Positions 37,518 to 46,598 of a stretch of 59,234 nt of DNA are shown piece after piece (position 1 is the stretch's first letter; each line of letters begins with the position of its first letter). The notes beneath the pieces are model-generated. The model searched no databases, was not told the DNA's origin, and worked only from the letters and a program-made list of their open reading frames with translations. The DNA comes from a virus (lineage: Duplodnaviria > Caudoviricetes), in the IMG/VR virus record IMGVR_UViG_3300046451_001045, positions 1-59,234 of that record; one strand, written 5' to 3'. The position numbers and the translations under genes were made by a program.

Positions 37518-38426
37518 ATGAGAAATTGGGGAATAGTCGGACTTATCGTCTTGCTCACCAGTGGGTGCGCAGCCATTCCATCTATGACCGACAGTTGTGA
37601 AGCTTTTGTTATGTCAAAAGTAGGTGAGTGTATTGAGAAGGCAGAAGTAGTTAAGATACCAACGTATCAAGAACTTGCAAATCTACCACCAGCAAAAGAC
37701 ATGCCAGTGGTTGCAGTATATGCTTTCATGGACAAGACAGGACAACGTAAGAGTAAAGATGGAATTGCATCTTTCTCCACTGCAGTAACACAAGGTGCAG
37801 AATCATTTCTGATTGATGCACTTAAGACTGCAGCGAATGGTAAATGGTTTAGAGTAGTAGAGAGAACAAGTTTGGATGCACTCGTAAGAGAGAGACAGAT
37901 TATTCGTTCTACTAGAGAAGATTTTGCAAATCAGAAAGGTAATGAAGACGCCCCAACGGGTATTCAACCTCTCTTATTTGCAGGCATCCTCTTAGAGGGT
38001 GGGATTATTGGTTATGACAGTAACATTGAAAGTGGCGGTAGAGGTGCAAGATATCTAGGAATAGGTACTTCTGTTTCTTACCGAAGAGATGTTATCACCG
38101 TCTCGTTGAGAGGAATCTCAACTTTAACAGGTGAAATATTATTGAATGTACAGACAACTAAAACAGTTCTCAGTACAGGCGGTGGATACGATGTGTTCAA
38201 ATTTGTGGACATGGATACGAAACTGGTGGAGATGGAAGACGGTAAGGCAGAGAATGAAGGAGTTACGAAAGCAACTCGTTCTGCAATTGAACTTGCAGTC
38301 TTAGAAATGATATACCAAGGACACGATAGAGGTTTTTGGGTAATTACAGATGGACATCGTCACCCTCATGGACAACATGGAAGGAACGAAGGTCATCTAA
38401 ACGGAGAAGAACATGACGAAGAATAA
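37518..38426 (+). CDS. csgG: Curli secretion channel CsgG (lipoprotein)
   Basis: Lipobox TSGC; VAVY.F.DKTGQ.K, FSTAVTQG, WFRVVER..LD.LVRERQIIR, EGGIIGYDSN..SGG.GARYLGIG. Confidence 0.95.
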   Translation: MRNWGIVGLIVLLTSGCAAIPSMTDSCEAFVMSKVGECIEKAEVVKIPTYQELANLPPAKDMPVVAVYAFMDKTGQRKSKDGIASFSTAVTQGAESFLIDALKTAANGKWFRVVERTSLDALVRERQIIRSTREDFANQKGNEDAPTGIQPLLFAGILLEGGIIGYDSNIESGGRGARYLGIGTSVSYRRDVITVSLRGISTLTGEILLNVQTTKTVLSTGGGYDVFKFVDMDTKLVEMEDGKAENEGVTKATRSAIELAVLEMIYQGHDRGFWVITDGHRHPHGQHGRNEGHLNGEEHDEE

Positions 38427-39147
38427 ATTATTACTCATTATGTTAACATTAGGAGTGACCAGTACTTATATGTTTGCAGCTGCAGACGACAATGAAATTT
38501 GGTTACAACAAAGTGGTACTGCATTAACATTGAACATAACTCAAAAAGGTTATGGAAACAAAGTTGGTGGAGATGACTTTAGTGGTTCATCAATCGATAT
38601 GATATTGACTGGTGCTACTAATAGTTTGACATTACTACAATATGGTGATGCCAATAAACTATACGGCCCTTTCATCGCAGATTTGTCTACAGTAAATTTA
38701 TCTTTTACTGGAAACTCAAATGTAATGGATTGGAATGTTGGTTATCAAGGAAGTGCAGATAGTTTAAATATGTTGGGTGTCATCACTGGTGACTCAAACA
38801 CATTTGATATAGACATCGGTTACGATGCATCTGCTGAATACTTAAACTGGGACTTGTCATTGACTGGTTCAAGTAACGTATTCACTACTAAAATTGATTC
38901 CGACAATGCTAAATGGGACTGGACTGTAACAGGTTCGTCAAATGACATCAATACACTTATGGCAGATGCTTCAGATAATTCATTAACTGCAGTTCTAACT
39001 GGTTCTTCAAATGATATCGACATCATTCAGAAGAGTGGTTCAGACACAGGTTGTCCAAGTGGTCAATCATGTAGTGGAATTATTGACGTATCCTTTGTGA
39101 CCTCTAATGCAAATATTGACATCGTTCAAAAAGACGATAACGATTAG
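38413..39147 (+). CDS. Secreted curlin-repeat (CsgA/CsgB-like) beta-solenoid protein
   Basis: Signal peptide; QxGxxN and TGxSN repeats with about 11/22-residue periodicity; C-terminal Cys pair. Confidence 0.75.
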   Translation: MTKNKLLLIMLTLGVTSTYMFAAADDNEIWLQQSGTALTLNITQKGYGNKVGGDDFSGSSIDMILTGATNSLTLLQYGDANKLYGPFIADLSTVNLSFTGNSNVMDWNVGYQGSADSLNMLGVITGDSNTFDIDIGYDASAEYLNWDLSLTGSSNVFTTKIDSDNAKWDWTVTGSSNDINTLMADASDNSLTAVLTGSSNDIDIIQKSGSDTGCPSGQSCSGIIDVSFVTSNANIDIVQKDDND

Positions 39148-40249
39148 TTTTGTACTTATTGGTTTAGTTACGGTAGCAGTAGCCGAACCAATAGGGACAA
39201 TCTCAGAACAAAAAGGTTTTGCTGGATTGCAGAGAGACGGAGAAACGTCTGTTATTTCTGCATCCGAATTTCCTGAAGTGTTGATGTACGACACTGCAAG
39301 AACGGAAAATGGACGAATGAAAATTCAGTTCACTGGTGATGAACAACTTGATTTAACCGAACACTCACTAGTGTTCATTGACGAGGTCTATTACGACCCC
39401 GACCCATCCCTATCTAAAATGTCAATCCGAATGGCACAAGGGACTGCAAGATTCGCTTCAGGATTTGGTGGAAAAATAAAGAAAAGTAACATAAATATAA
39501 CCACACCTACTGCACAGATTGCTGTTCAAGGAACAGACTTCACAACTAGTATTGATGAAATCGGAAGGTCACTGGTAATTTTACTTCCTGATAGATGGGG
39601 AGCTCCTTCAGGAAAAATTACAGTTAGTAATGCTGGTGGAATGGTTATACTGGATGAAGCGTATCAAGCAACGATGGTTTCAACGTATGACGACTCACCA
39701 ACGAAACCTGTAGTGGTTAATGGGATAACACCCAACCTAATTGACAATCTATTCATTGTCAGTCCCCCTGAAGAGGTAAATGAACAGGTTGCAGAAGAAC
39801 AGAGTAAGAATGAGAACGATTCAAACAATGTTCTTGATGTAGATTTCTTAGAGTTTAACGACTTGGAAGATGACTACTTTGAGGATGATGAATTAGAATA
39901 CACGGAACTCGACAGAGATTTACTTGATGTCGATTTTCTACAGGATTTATTAGATGTAGTGTTAGAGATTGACCGAAAGGTTGGTATCGATGCACAACAG
40001 AACACAGCCTTTGGAGTTGTCCGAATTGATGGAACACTTCCAGGCTTTGACAAGGACACCCAATACAATACTATTGTGGACAAGGGTGTAGGTCAGATAT
40101 GGTTCTACAGGGAAGTTAATGGTATTATTTCCATTAAATTACCAATGTTTGCACAAGCAAGTATCAGAACCATAACAGACGAGAAGGAATCACTAATTAA
40201 AGTGGGTGATGGTTCGTCTATAAATATAACCATCACACAACAAAACTAG
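39107..40249 (+). CDS. Exported FecR-domain protein with acidic linker
   Basis: Signal peptide; D..RTE.GR..I.F, G..RF.SG, ITTPTAQIAVQGTDF. Confidence 0.85.
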   Translation: MQILTSFKKTITISFVLIGLVTVAVAEPIGTISEQKGFAGLQRDGETSVISASEFPEVLMYDTARTENGRMKIQFTGDEQLDLTEHSLVFIDEVYYDPDPSLSKMSIRMAQGTARFASGFGGKIKKSNINITTPTAQIAVQGTDFTTSIDEIGRSLVILLPDRWGAPSGKITVSNAGGMVILDEAYQATMVSTYDDSPTKPVVVNGITPNLIDNLFIVSPPEEVNEQVAEEQSKNENDSNNVLDVDFLEFNDLEDDYFEDDELEYTELDRDLLDVDFLQDLLDVVLEIDRKVGIDAQQNTAFGVVRIDGTLPGFDKDTQYNTIVDKGVGQIWFYREVNGIISIKLPMFAQASIRTITDEKESLIKVGDGSSINITITQQN

Positions 40250-40259
40250 GAGATACTAT

Positions 40260-40409
40260 ATGAGTATTTGGAATAAATTCCGAGAATGGCATGAAGGACA
40301 AGTCTATGGATTTCAAAAAGCCTGCCGACTTGACGATTATGAGATGTTTATGATTGCATTTGGTGAAGGAATAGTTATGACATTATTATTTTTATGGTTG
40401 ATATTTTAA
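40260..40409 (+). CDS. Small membrane protein, 49 aa
   Basis: Late promoter at 40219, AGGAG SD; MSIWNKFREWHEGQ...LLFLWLIF. Confidence 0.6.
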   Translation: MSIWNKFREWHEGQVYGFQKACRLDDYEMFMIAFGEGIVMTLLFLWLIF

Positions 40410-40410
40410 A

Positions 40411-41079
40411 ATGAAAGATACTACACAGTTCGGTGGATTCTTATTTTTACTTTCCCTTATAGGATTGTGCTGGACTAGTGTAGCCTTTGCAGACGATAAC
40501 CATGTTCATGTAGAACAGGTTGATAGCGGAGAGGTAGACCTTAACATAACTCAAAAGGGTTACGACAACAAGGTTGATTTCTCATTTGCACACACTGGTA
40601 ATGAATTTAACTTCCTTCAAACAGGAAATGGAAACACTATTACTTGGGTCTCATTTTGGGGTTCAGGAAAAGGTTGGGGTGGTGATGTAGATGGTTCAAA
40701 CAACACCGAGAATGTATCACAAACAGGTGGTGCAACATATGGAAGACATATACTTGGTAACAGTAACACTGTAGACATATATCAAAGCGGAACTCATACA
40801 CATAACTTAGATATACATGTGAATTCTGTTGACCATGACTTACACCAATCGGGTAGTGGAACTCACTATAACCAAACATATTTCTATGGTTCTTCAGATG
40901 GGTCGAATACAAACATAATGCAAAAAGGTTCGGGAAACATGACTTCTCAAATAACATTAACAGGTTCTTATGCTACAACACTTAACTTGTTGCAAGATAG
41001 TTCCACCAATCAATCGTATACACTTACACAAAACTGCGTAACAGCAGGTGGATGTACAGTTTCAATGACACAAGAATGA
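40411..41079 (+). CDS. Secreted curlin-repeat (CsgA/CsgB-like) protein
   Basis: Signal peptide AFA|DDN; QKGYDN, QTGNGN, QSG, QKGSGN repeats; C-terminal CxxxxxC. Confidence 0.8.
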   Translation: MKDTTQFGGFLFLLSLIGLCWTSVAFADDNHVHVEQVDSGEVDLNITQKGYDNKVDFSFAHTGNEFNFLQTGNGNTITWVSFWGSGKGWGGDVDGSNNTENVSQTGGATYGRHILGNSNTVDIYQSGTHTHNLDIHVNSVDHDLHQSGSGTHYNQTYFYGSSDGSNTNIMQKGSGNMTSQITLTGSYATTLNLLQDSSTNQSYTLTQNCVTAGGCTVSMTQE

Positions 41080-41225
41080 ACGACCACTTAAAAACAATAG
41101 ACATGGGATATTTCAAACATCTATTTCATGCATGGACAATGGCATTTGCATTGTTAATACACGGAGTCTTTCCATCAGTATTAACTGATTATGCAAGTGA
41201 TAAGATGTGTGACCACAATGACTGA
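41076..41225 (+). CDS. Small protein, DUF6356-like, 49 aa
   Basis: HL....MGYFKHL..A......LIHGVFP.V....AS pattern; ATGA-coupled. Confidence 0.6.
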   Translation: MNDHLKTIDMGYFKHLFHAWTMAFALLIHGVFPSVLTDYASDKMCDHND

Positions 41226-41376
41226 AGAAAGAGAAAGAGTACTACAACTGGTAATTGATTACCGTAAGAAAAAACGACAACAGAAATGGAGTGCTATTTG
41301 GTCGGGAATCTTAGGAGTGTCTTTAATTCTAGTTGTTCTGTATATATTTTTCTTTGCCTGGCCAACAGTAGTTTAA
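41218..41376 (+). CDS. Small membrane protein
   Basis: Basic N-terminus then one TM helix. Confidence 0.55.
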   Translation: MTEERERVLQLVIDYRKKKRQQKWSAIWSGILGVSLILVVLYIFFFAWPTVV

Positions 41377-41394
41377 AATGACCTAAATAGTAGT

Positions 41395-41877
41395 ATGGCA
41401 TATTCTAAAGAAGTAGTACAAAGATTTGAGGCGGTCTTAGCAGACCCTAAAAAACATTCAGTCGGTTCACTCGACAGAAAGAACCCCAAGGTTGCAACAG
41501 GACTCGCAGGAGCTCCTGCATGTGGTGATGTGATGCAACTTCAACTATTACTCGATGACAACGAAAAGATTATTGACGTTAAGTTTAAGACTTACGGATG
41601 TGGAAGTGCAATTGCATCTTCTTCATTGTTTGTAGACATGATGATGGGTAAGACGATTGCAGAAGCAAAACTAATCAAAGACAAAGACATTGCAGAAGTA
41701 CTTCAACTTCCACCAATCAAATTACATTGTAGTGTACTAGCAGAAGACGCTATCAAACAAGCGATGGTAGACTATGAAACAAAACAGACAGATAACTATA
41801 GTCATCCAATCTTAGACCATTCCTTAATCGGTCATAATAATCCACCACCTCTATCAAAAGAAGATTTCATTGAGTAA
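41395..41877 (+). CDS. iscU: Fe-S cluster scaffold IscU
   Basis: GAPACGDVM, FKTYGCGSAIASSS, LPPIKLHCSVLAEDAI. Confidence 0.96.
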   Translation: MAYSKEVVQRFEAVLADPKKHSVGSLDRKNPKVATGLAGAPACGDVMQLQLLLDDNEKIIDVKFKTYGCGSAIASSSLFVDMMMGKTIAEAKLIKDKDIAEVLQLPPIKLHCSVLAEDAIKQAMVDYETKQTDNYSHPILDHSLIGHNNPPPLSKEDFIE

Positions 41878-41949
41878 TGAACTACAGTAGATACATTAAA
41901 AGAAGATACGGATTTCGTGAGATATACTTAGGACGAACTATAGATATCT

Positions 41950-43845
41950 ATGTATAGTTGGAAATCCGTTTTAGTAACTATTGTGTTACTATTTGGACTT
42001 AAAGTGTGGTCTCCATACATCGTAGAAAACATTCAGTGGTCATACTTTGACACACTCCACCAGTCTCAAGAAAAGGTGTTAGTAGATAACATCATATTAG
42101 TTGATATAGATGAAAAGAGTTTAGATGCATTCGGACAATACCCAATCAAACGTGGAATTTATCGTGACCTGTTACTTAACACTCATTTTAGTAATACCCA
42201 CGTCTTTACTTTTCTCTTTAGTCAACCCGATAGAGACCCGACCCAAGACGAGATACTTGCAGAAGGTTTGGTCAATCGTTTAACCATTCTTGCAGCTGCA
42301 CCAACAATTCAAAAAGATACTGGTTCTGCACCATTCGTAGGTAACTCTACATTTGGGGGTGGAAATCCTCAAGACCATTTGTGGAACTTCTCAGGGATTG
42401 CATCTCCAATCAGGATACTTCAGGACAATACATATGGTGTTGGGGTCACTGTTGCAACACCTAGTGTTACAGGAACACCTAACTTTGACGGGACAACAAG
42501 GTCTATACCCCTTTTAGTTACTGCAAACAATCAAGTATACCCGTCACTTGCACTAGAAACACTTCGTGCATTAAGAGACCAACCTTCGTATCAAACAAAA
42601 ATTACTCCTGAACTTGGAGTGGAATGGGTCAGGATGGGTAGAGACAAACCTATCTCCACCACCCCGACCAGTGATGTAATGATATCCTACTGGAATGAGT
42701 TCCAAAGGATTAGTGCAGTAGACCTACAGGATTCTAATGTTGAAGGTAAGATTCTTGTATGGGGTCTAACTGCGGAGGGTCTGAATAATCCAGTTTCAAC
42801 CCCAGTGGGTGTAATGTATCCTCACGAAGTGCAAGCACACCATATCCAAACCGTCTTGTCAGGAGTTCAAATACAGAAATCCTACTTTCTTGGATTAATT
42901 GGATTTGCTGTTCTTTTGTCAGTAATGATAATGATACTGGTGATGGTCTACAAGCTTCCCACAGCTCTTTCGGGGATAATGAGTCTATTACTCGTAGGAT
43001 TTCAGGTGGGTGGGAGTTATTATATTTGGACTTCAGAGCTCGTTCTTTTCGATACTTTCTATTCATCGTTAGCCTCCTTGTTGGTTTTTGGTCATGCATC
43101 CTTTAACAAATACTATGTAACTTTCCAAGAAAAGCAACAAATAAAGAAGCAGTTCCAAAAGTATTTATCCCCCGATATGATTGAAGAACTACAAAAACAC
43201 CCCGAAAAATTGAAACTTGGTGGAGATAGAAAGGAACTTTCATTCCTCTTCGCAGACATAGTAGGATTTACCCCCATAAGCGAGGCATACATGAAAAACG
43301 ATGACCCCGAGGGATTGGTCTTACTCATCAACAGATTCCTAGATGGAATGTCAAAGATAGTTTTAAAGAATGGTGGTACGATTGATAAGTTCATGGGCGA
43401 CTGTTTAATGGCATGGTGGGGTGCTCCTTTGGATTGTCCGAATCATGCTGAGATGGCAGTTAAATCTGCAATGGAAATAGAAATACTTACAGAACAGATG
43501 AATAGGGACATCAAGGAAGAAGGATTAGACCTTCCACCAGTAGTTATAGGTACTGGGATTAACACAGGTCAATGCATAGTGGGTAATATGGGTTCAGAAG
43601 ATAGGTTTGACTATTCAGTAGTCGGAGATGCAGTTAACCTTGCAGCCAGACTTGAGGTTCAGACTCGAACCTTTGATACACCTATTCTACTATCGGAGTT
43701 CACTTACATGCAACTCGATGAGACTGCATGTTCATTGGTTGATGAGATAACAGTAAAGGGTAAAGAAATACCAGTCAAGGTCTATGCACCATTGTTTGAT
43801 AACGGAAAACGAAAAGAAGTACGAAAACTTCATAAAACCCCTTGA
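41950..43845 (+). CDS. CHASE2-domain membrane class III adenylate cyclase
   Basis: IILVDIDEKSL...GQYP (CHASE2), three TMs, FADIVGFT, IDKFMGD, GINTG...VGNMGS..RFDYSVVGDAVNLAARLE, VKGK. Confidence 0.93.
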   Translation: MYSWKSVLVTIVLLFGLKVWSPYIVENIQWSYFDTLHQSQEKVLVDNIILVDIDEKSLDAFGQYPIKRGIYRDLLLNTHFSNTHVFTFLFSQPDRDPTQDEILAEGLVNRLTILAAAPTIQKDTGSAPFVGNSTFGGGNPQDHLWNFSGIASPIRILQDNTYGVGVTVATPSVTGTPNFDGTTRSIPLLVTANNQVYPSLALETLRALRDQPSYQTKITPELGVEWVRMGRDKPISTTPTSDVMISYWNEFQRISAVDLQDSNVEGKILVWGLTAEGLNNPVSTPVGVMYPHEVQAHHIQTVLSGVQIQKSYFLGLIGFAVLLSVMIMILVMVYKLPTALSGIMSLLLVGFQVGGSYYIWTSELVLFDTFYSSLASLLVFGHASFNKYYVTFQEKQQIKKQFQKYLSPDMIEELQKHPEKLKLGGDRKELSFLFADIVGFTPISEAYMKNDDPEGLVLLINRFLDGMSKIVLKNGGTIDKFMGDCLMAWWGAPLDCPNHAEMAVKSAMEIEILTEQMNRDIKEEGLDLPPVVIGTGINTGQCIVGNMGSEDRFDYSVVGDAVNLAARLEVQTRTFDTPILLSEFTYMQLDETACSLVDEITVKGKEIPVKVYAPLFDNGKRKEVRKLHKTP

Positions 43846-43868
43846 AATTTTAGAAAAAGTCTATATAA
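43841..43868 (+). promoter_or_regulatory. RpoH (sigma32)-like promoter for hsp20
   Basis: CTTGAAA followed about 14 nt later by CTATAT. Confidence 0.55.
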
Positions 43869-43875
43869 TAGTACT

Positions 43876-43951
43876 ATGGTGTTATAAATACCATTGTAAT
43901 GCTCATTAGAGGTTACATAACATAACTTGCTTAATAAAGGAGAAAACTATG
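43876..43951 (+). promoter_or_regulatory. ROSE-like RNA thermometer in the hsp20 5' UTR
   Basis: Two upstream hairpins, then CTTGCT (43926-31) pairing with SD AGGAG (43938-42) with a bulged G. Confidence 0.65.
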
Positions 43952-44386
43952 ACAAGCAGACAGCTCGGAGACTTCGATGTCTTCAATTTCGGGAAATCAT
44001 TCCCATTCGCAATCGGGTTCGACAGAACTCTTCAACTATTAGAACGTGCCAATCAGTCACCGACTAATACAAACTATCCACCTTACAATATTGTAAAACA
44101 CGATGCAGAGAACTTCAGTATCGAACTTGCATTAGCTGGATTTGATAAGAAAGACATCACAATCTCAAAAGAGAAAGAGGTTCTTAATATCGAAGGTAAA
44201 CAGAAGGAAGGGGAAAACCTTGAGTATGTCCATAGAGGACTTGCATCTCGTTCATTCAAAAGAACATTCACACTTGCAGACGATATAATCGTTAAAGGTG
44301 CAGATATGAAGAATGGTATTTTGAGTGTATCTTTGGAAAGGATTGTACCCGAAGAAGATAAACCCCAAGAAATCAAAATTTCTTAA
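43949..44386 (+). CDS. hsp20: Small heat shock protein Hsp20 (IbpA-like)
   Basis: IGFD, NYPPYNI, IELALAGF, HRGLA.RSF.R.F.L, NGIL...L....PEE.KP. Confidence 0.96.
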   Translation: MTSRQLGDFDVFNFGKSFPFAIGFDRTLQLLERANQSPTNTNYPPYNIVKHDAENFSIELALAGFDKKDITISKEKEVLNIEGKQKEGENLEYVHRGLASRSFKRTFTLADDIIVKGADMKNGILSVSLERIVPEEDKPQEIKIS

Positions 44387-44429
44387 AAAACCCCTATTCA
44401 GACATGCTTCATTGTTGTATAATAGAAGC

Positions 44430-45851
44430 ATGTCTGAACTCTATGAAATAATTAAACAAAGTGCAAATCACGATGGCTTACCTATTATTACAGGTAAACA
44501 GTTTGAAGACCTTACTGAAAAATATGGTCGGGAAGAATTCCGTGAACAAGTTGCAAAATACATTGAACAGGAAAGACCACCTTTCCCATTAAAACCCATT
44601 TCCTATGGTAAGATGAAAGATACTTTCATTAGACTTCTAGAGGACGATGTGTGGAGATTCGTAAAACCTAACGAACAGTTAGAACAGGAAGTCGTAGAAA
44701 AATACGATAATTACAAATACCCATACTCAGAATTTGGATTAGGAATGGTCAATGCACCCCCTTCATTTAATGATGCAAGTGATTACTTTATGCAAGACTT
44801 AAGATTGTCTTGTGATTCATATGGTCATAAAGCACCATTGAATGCATTCCGAGATTCAAATGCAAAACAATTGAAATCGGCTCTTGGTGCAATATGGAGA
44901 GGTGTCAATGACATTACTAAAGAAATATCTACAGACGTAGATGGTAATGAAGTTATAAAACTTGTCGGTGGTAAACTAGATGAAGATGCATATAGAACTG
45001 CATTCAGACTTGGTGCCTATATTGCAACACAGTTCAAACCAGTAGTTGCAAAATGTTTCTATGAAATGACTGATGCAAAAACTGTATTAGATACTTCATG
45101 TGGATGGGGAGATAGACTTTGTGGTTTCTATGCAAGTAAGAGAACAACTCATTACATAGGTACAGACCCAAATCCGAACACATTTGTAAACTATAAGAAA
45201 CAATGTATATCTTATGAAACAATTCTTACAGGTAATGCACCAGTAATTACTGAATCAGAAAACTACTTTAAATCCGTTGGTTCAAAGATTGTTGAAATAC
45301 ATAGATGTGGTGCAGAAGATTTAGACTATGATTCACTACCACCAATTGACTGTGCATTCACTTCACCACCTTATTTCTCGACAGAGATATATAACAAGGG
45401 TGGAGAACACGAGGAAGACCAATCATGGTTCAAGTTCAATGAGTATGAGAAGTGGAGAGATGATTTCTTCCTTCCAGTAAGTCAGAAGACTTTTGATTCA
45501 TTATCTGATACAGGTCATATGTTATTAAACATTATGAACCCAACAATTAAAGGTAAAACATACCCTTCATGTGATGAAGTGTGTGACTTACTAAGACCCC
45601 ATTTTAAAGGTCAACTGGGAATGAGAATTATGCAAAGACCACAATCATCTACTAAGTTTCTAGACAAGTGGACAGACGTAAAAGGTGATAGTGATGACAA
45701 TCAAGTGTCAGACAAGGAAGGTATTGATAGAACAGCTATGCAGGATTTCATGAAGAAGTATTACATGGAAAATGTTTGGTACTTTGCAAAAGAAGACAAA
45801 GACCTATTCTTAAAAGTAAGACAAGGACAACTAGATGAGTTTTTCGTATGA
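44430..45851 (+). CDS. DNA amino-methyltransferase (N4C/N6A type)
   Basis: SAM motif LDTSCGWGDRL and catalytic FTSPPYF; start at ATG 44430. Confidence 0.85.
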   Translation: MSELYEIIKQSANHDGLPIITGKQFEDLTEKYGREEFREQVAKYIEQERPPFPLKPISYGKMKDTFIRLLEDDVWRFVKPNEQLEQEVVEKYDNYKYPYSEFGLGMVNAPPSFNDASDYFMQDLRLSCDSYGHKAPLNAFRDSNAKQLKSALGAIWRGVNDITKEISTDVDGNEVIKLVGGKLDEDAYRTAFRLGAYIATQFKPVVAKCFYEMTDAKTVLDTSCGWGDRLCGFYASKRTTHYIGTDPNPNTFVNYKKQCISYETILTGNAPVITESENYFKSVGSKIVEIHRCGAEDLDYDSLPPIDCAFTSPPYFSTEIYNKGGEHEEDQSWFKFNEYEKWRDDFFLPVSQKTFDSLSDTGHMLLNIMNPTIKGKTYPSCDEVCDLLRPHFKGQLGMRIMQRPQSSTKFLDKWTDVKGDSDDNQVSDKEGIDRTAMQDFMKKYYMENVWYFAKEDKDLFLKVRQGQLDEFFV

Positions 45852-46159
45852 CAGAATTATTTGAGAACAAAGTGTACAGAGTAGTTGAGAATCCTCATGA
45901 TGAAAATGCAGGGATTGAGTTAACTGGTGGAGAATGGGACGGACTGGTTTATCAATATGGAAAGGTTCAATTCAAAGATGGTACACCCGAAATTAATTTC
46001 AAAAGAACCATAAGAAGATTCCCAAAAGGGATGGAGAACAGTGAAATCAACTTTGAAGAATTACTAAATAACAGTGAGTTAAATACATTAATGGGTGACA
46101 TTCTAGTAGAAGTCATGCAAGAACAAATAAGGAAAGAGAATGAACAAAGAGATACTTAA
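45848..46159 (+). CDS. Conserved hypothetical T4-like protein
   Basis: G....YQYGKV.F...GDIL motifs. Confidence 0.7.
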   Translation: MTELFENKVYRVVENPHDENAGIELTGGEWDGLVYQYGKVQFKDGTPEINFKRTIRRFPKGMENSEINFEELLNNSELNTLMGDILVEVMQEQIRKENEQRDT

Positions 46160-46598
46160 AGAACAAATCAAACGTCACGAAGGTGAAGTACTAGAAGTCT
46201 ATGCAGATTCACTAGGATACTTAACACTAGGTGTTGGACATCTTATCAAAGAAGGTGATGCAGAACACGGACAACCCGCTGGAACTCCAGTGAGTCAAGA
46301 AACTGTAGATGCATACTATGAAGATGACTTCGACAAACATGTCGATGAAGCAATTCATGTATTCGAATCAAAAGGTGGAGAGAATTTCTATGACCTTCCC
46401 GAAGACATTCAACACGTTCTAGTCAACATGACATTCAACTTAGGTGGAGGTCGTTTCGGTAAATTTAACAACATGTGGAAAGGTGTTGTATCTGCAGACT
46501 GGGAAAAGGTTGCAGTAGAAATGGAAGACTCTAAGTGGTTCGGACAAGTTGGTAGACGTTCAGTAGAACTACAAGAACAGGTACGAAACTGTGCCTAG
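46140..46598 (+). CDS. Lysozyme, GH24 (T4 lysozyme-like)
   Basis: HEG....Y.D.LGY.T.GVGHL, NM.FNLG, DSKW..QV.RR. Confidence 0.93.
   Translation: MNKEILKEQIKRHEGEVLEVYADSLGYLTLGVGHLIKEGDAEHGQPAGTPVSQETVDAYYEDDFDKHVDEAIHVFESKGGENFYDLPEDIQHVLVNMTFNLGGGRFGKFNNMWKGVVSADWEKVAVEMEDSKWFGQVGRRSVELQEQVRNCA

Noticed and set aside
41877-41957. 26-aa ORF MNYSRYIKRR... between iscU and the cyclase
   Set aside because: Coupled to the iscU stop, but too short and featureless to support.
44325-44429. ORF-track N-terminal extension of the methyltransferase
   Set aside because: Overlaps hsp20 and the promoter; the ATG at 44430 fits the -10-N6-ATG pattern.
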